Source: Octopus bimaculoides | Taxonomy: Eukaryota | Assembly: GCF_001194135.2 (NCBI RefSeq) | Contig: NC_068981.1 | Span: 8,452,684-8,516,683 of the forward strand | Direction of reading: 5' to 3' | Length of the DNA: 64,000 nucleotides | Shown here: positions 63,327-64,000 of the stretch, piece by piece | Layout of the letters: every line of letters begins with the position of its first letter | How positions within the stretch are numbered: the stretch's first letter is position 1 | The notes under the pieces: model-generated | What the model saw: only the letters and a program-made list of their open reading frames with translations | The model's database searches: none | Told to the model about the DNA's origin: nothing | Translations under genes and position numbers: made by a program

Positions 63327-63625
63327 TAAAAATCATACACAGGTGAGACAACTCACCTCTGATCTAATTCAGGAATGATGCATATCAATATTTCACCAGT
63401 TTAGTGGCTTATCAACATCATGTACCTGAAACTGTGGACAAATCAAATCCTTGAATCTTATGCATGCATCACCATGGCACACCAGCAAATAGTTCTTATT
63501 TGTAAATAGTCATAGACTGGTGATTCGGGATCGTCCCTGGTTCGATTCAGGTATGTGATGTTGATAAGCCATAAAAATAGCAAATTTCAATCAGAAATGA
63601 GTCGTCTCACCTATCAATGATTTTC
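63327..63625. mobile_element. Inverted pair of a short tRNA-like-headed repeat
   Basis: aaaatcat..aggtgagac.actca..tctgat and ttagtggcttatcaacatc at the left are mirrored at the right. B-box-like GGTTCGATTC at ~63539. Confidence 0.55.
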
Positions 63626-64000
63626 AGGTGTTTTAACACTCAGCATAATGAGGGAGCCGTCCCCTAAGTGTTATACAAACAGTGAACAAACAAAACATAT
63701 ACATTGAGTGTGTGTAGTTGATAATGTTCTTTAGGAAATCTCTTTTTCCTGGTGGCAGGAAATGTGTCCCTCTGTGTTCTCTTAAAGAGTGGTGACGCTG
63801 TGATCATTAATGTTCTTTCTTATTGAACACTAGCAGAGAGAAAAACAAAAACAAAACATATGCACAGAGTGAATTCCAGTAAGTTGATGTCTAGAGGTTA
63901 ATGTGAGGCCTGGGATATGAGTGTGTCTGTGTGGCAGGGATTGGCACAGTATAGATGATGAGAGGTGATGAGTTGGGAGTATGTGAATGAAAAGGGCACA

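Overview
AT-rich eukaryotic draft-assembly DNA with eight N-gaps and many microsatellites. The repeat landscape looks octopod-cephalopod-like (my inference, not provable here). Nearly all ORF-track entries are microsatellite or transposon noise. Well-supported genes: (i) the last three coding exons of a UBASH3/STS-type histidine phosphatase on the minus strand (60778-60686, 57275-57033, 55805-55564), which splice in frame and are absent from the ORF track, and (ii) an intact tRNA-Phe(GAA) at 28307-28379. Weaker candidates are a minus-strand first coding exon at 27675-27621 and a plus-strand terminal exon at ~54258-54470. The rest is decayed mobile DNA: a Helitron 3' end, RTE LINE fragments and many RTE 3'-tail copies, Penelope-like GIY-YIG fragments, two mariners, a hAT MITE with an 8-bp TSD, a possible solo LTR and several tRNA-derived SINE families. 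The most notable observation is a set of short fold-back elements. Three of them, from sequence-unrelated families (25598-25837, 49925-50338, 62100-62418), have arms that each carry a type I hammerhead-ribozyme-like core pointing outward. One of these families is a tRNA-headed SINE carrying a Penelope-type minimal hammerhead, best preserved at 59161-59206. All folds were read by eye and none is shown to be active.
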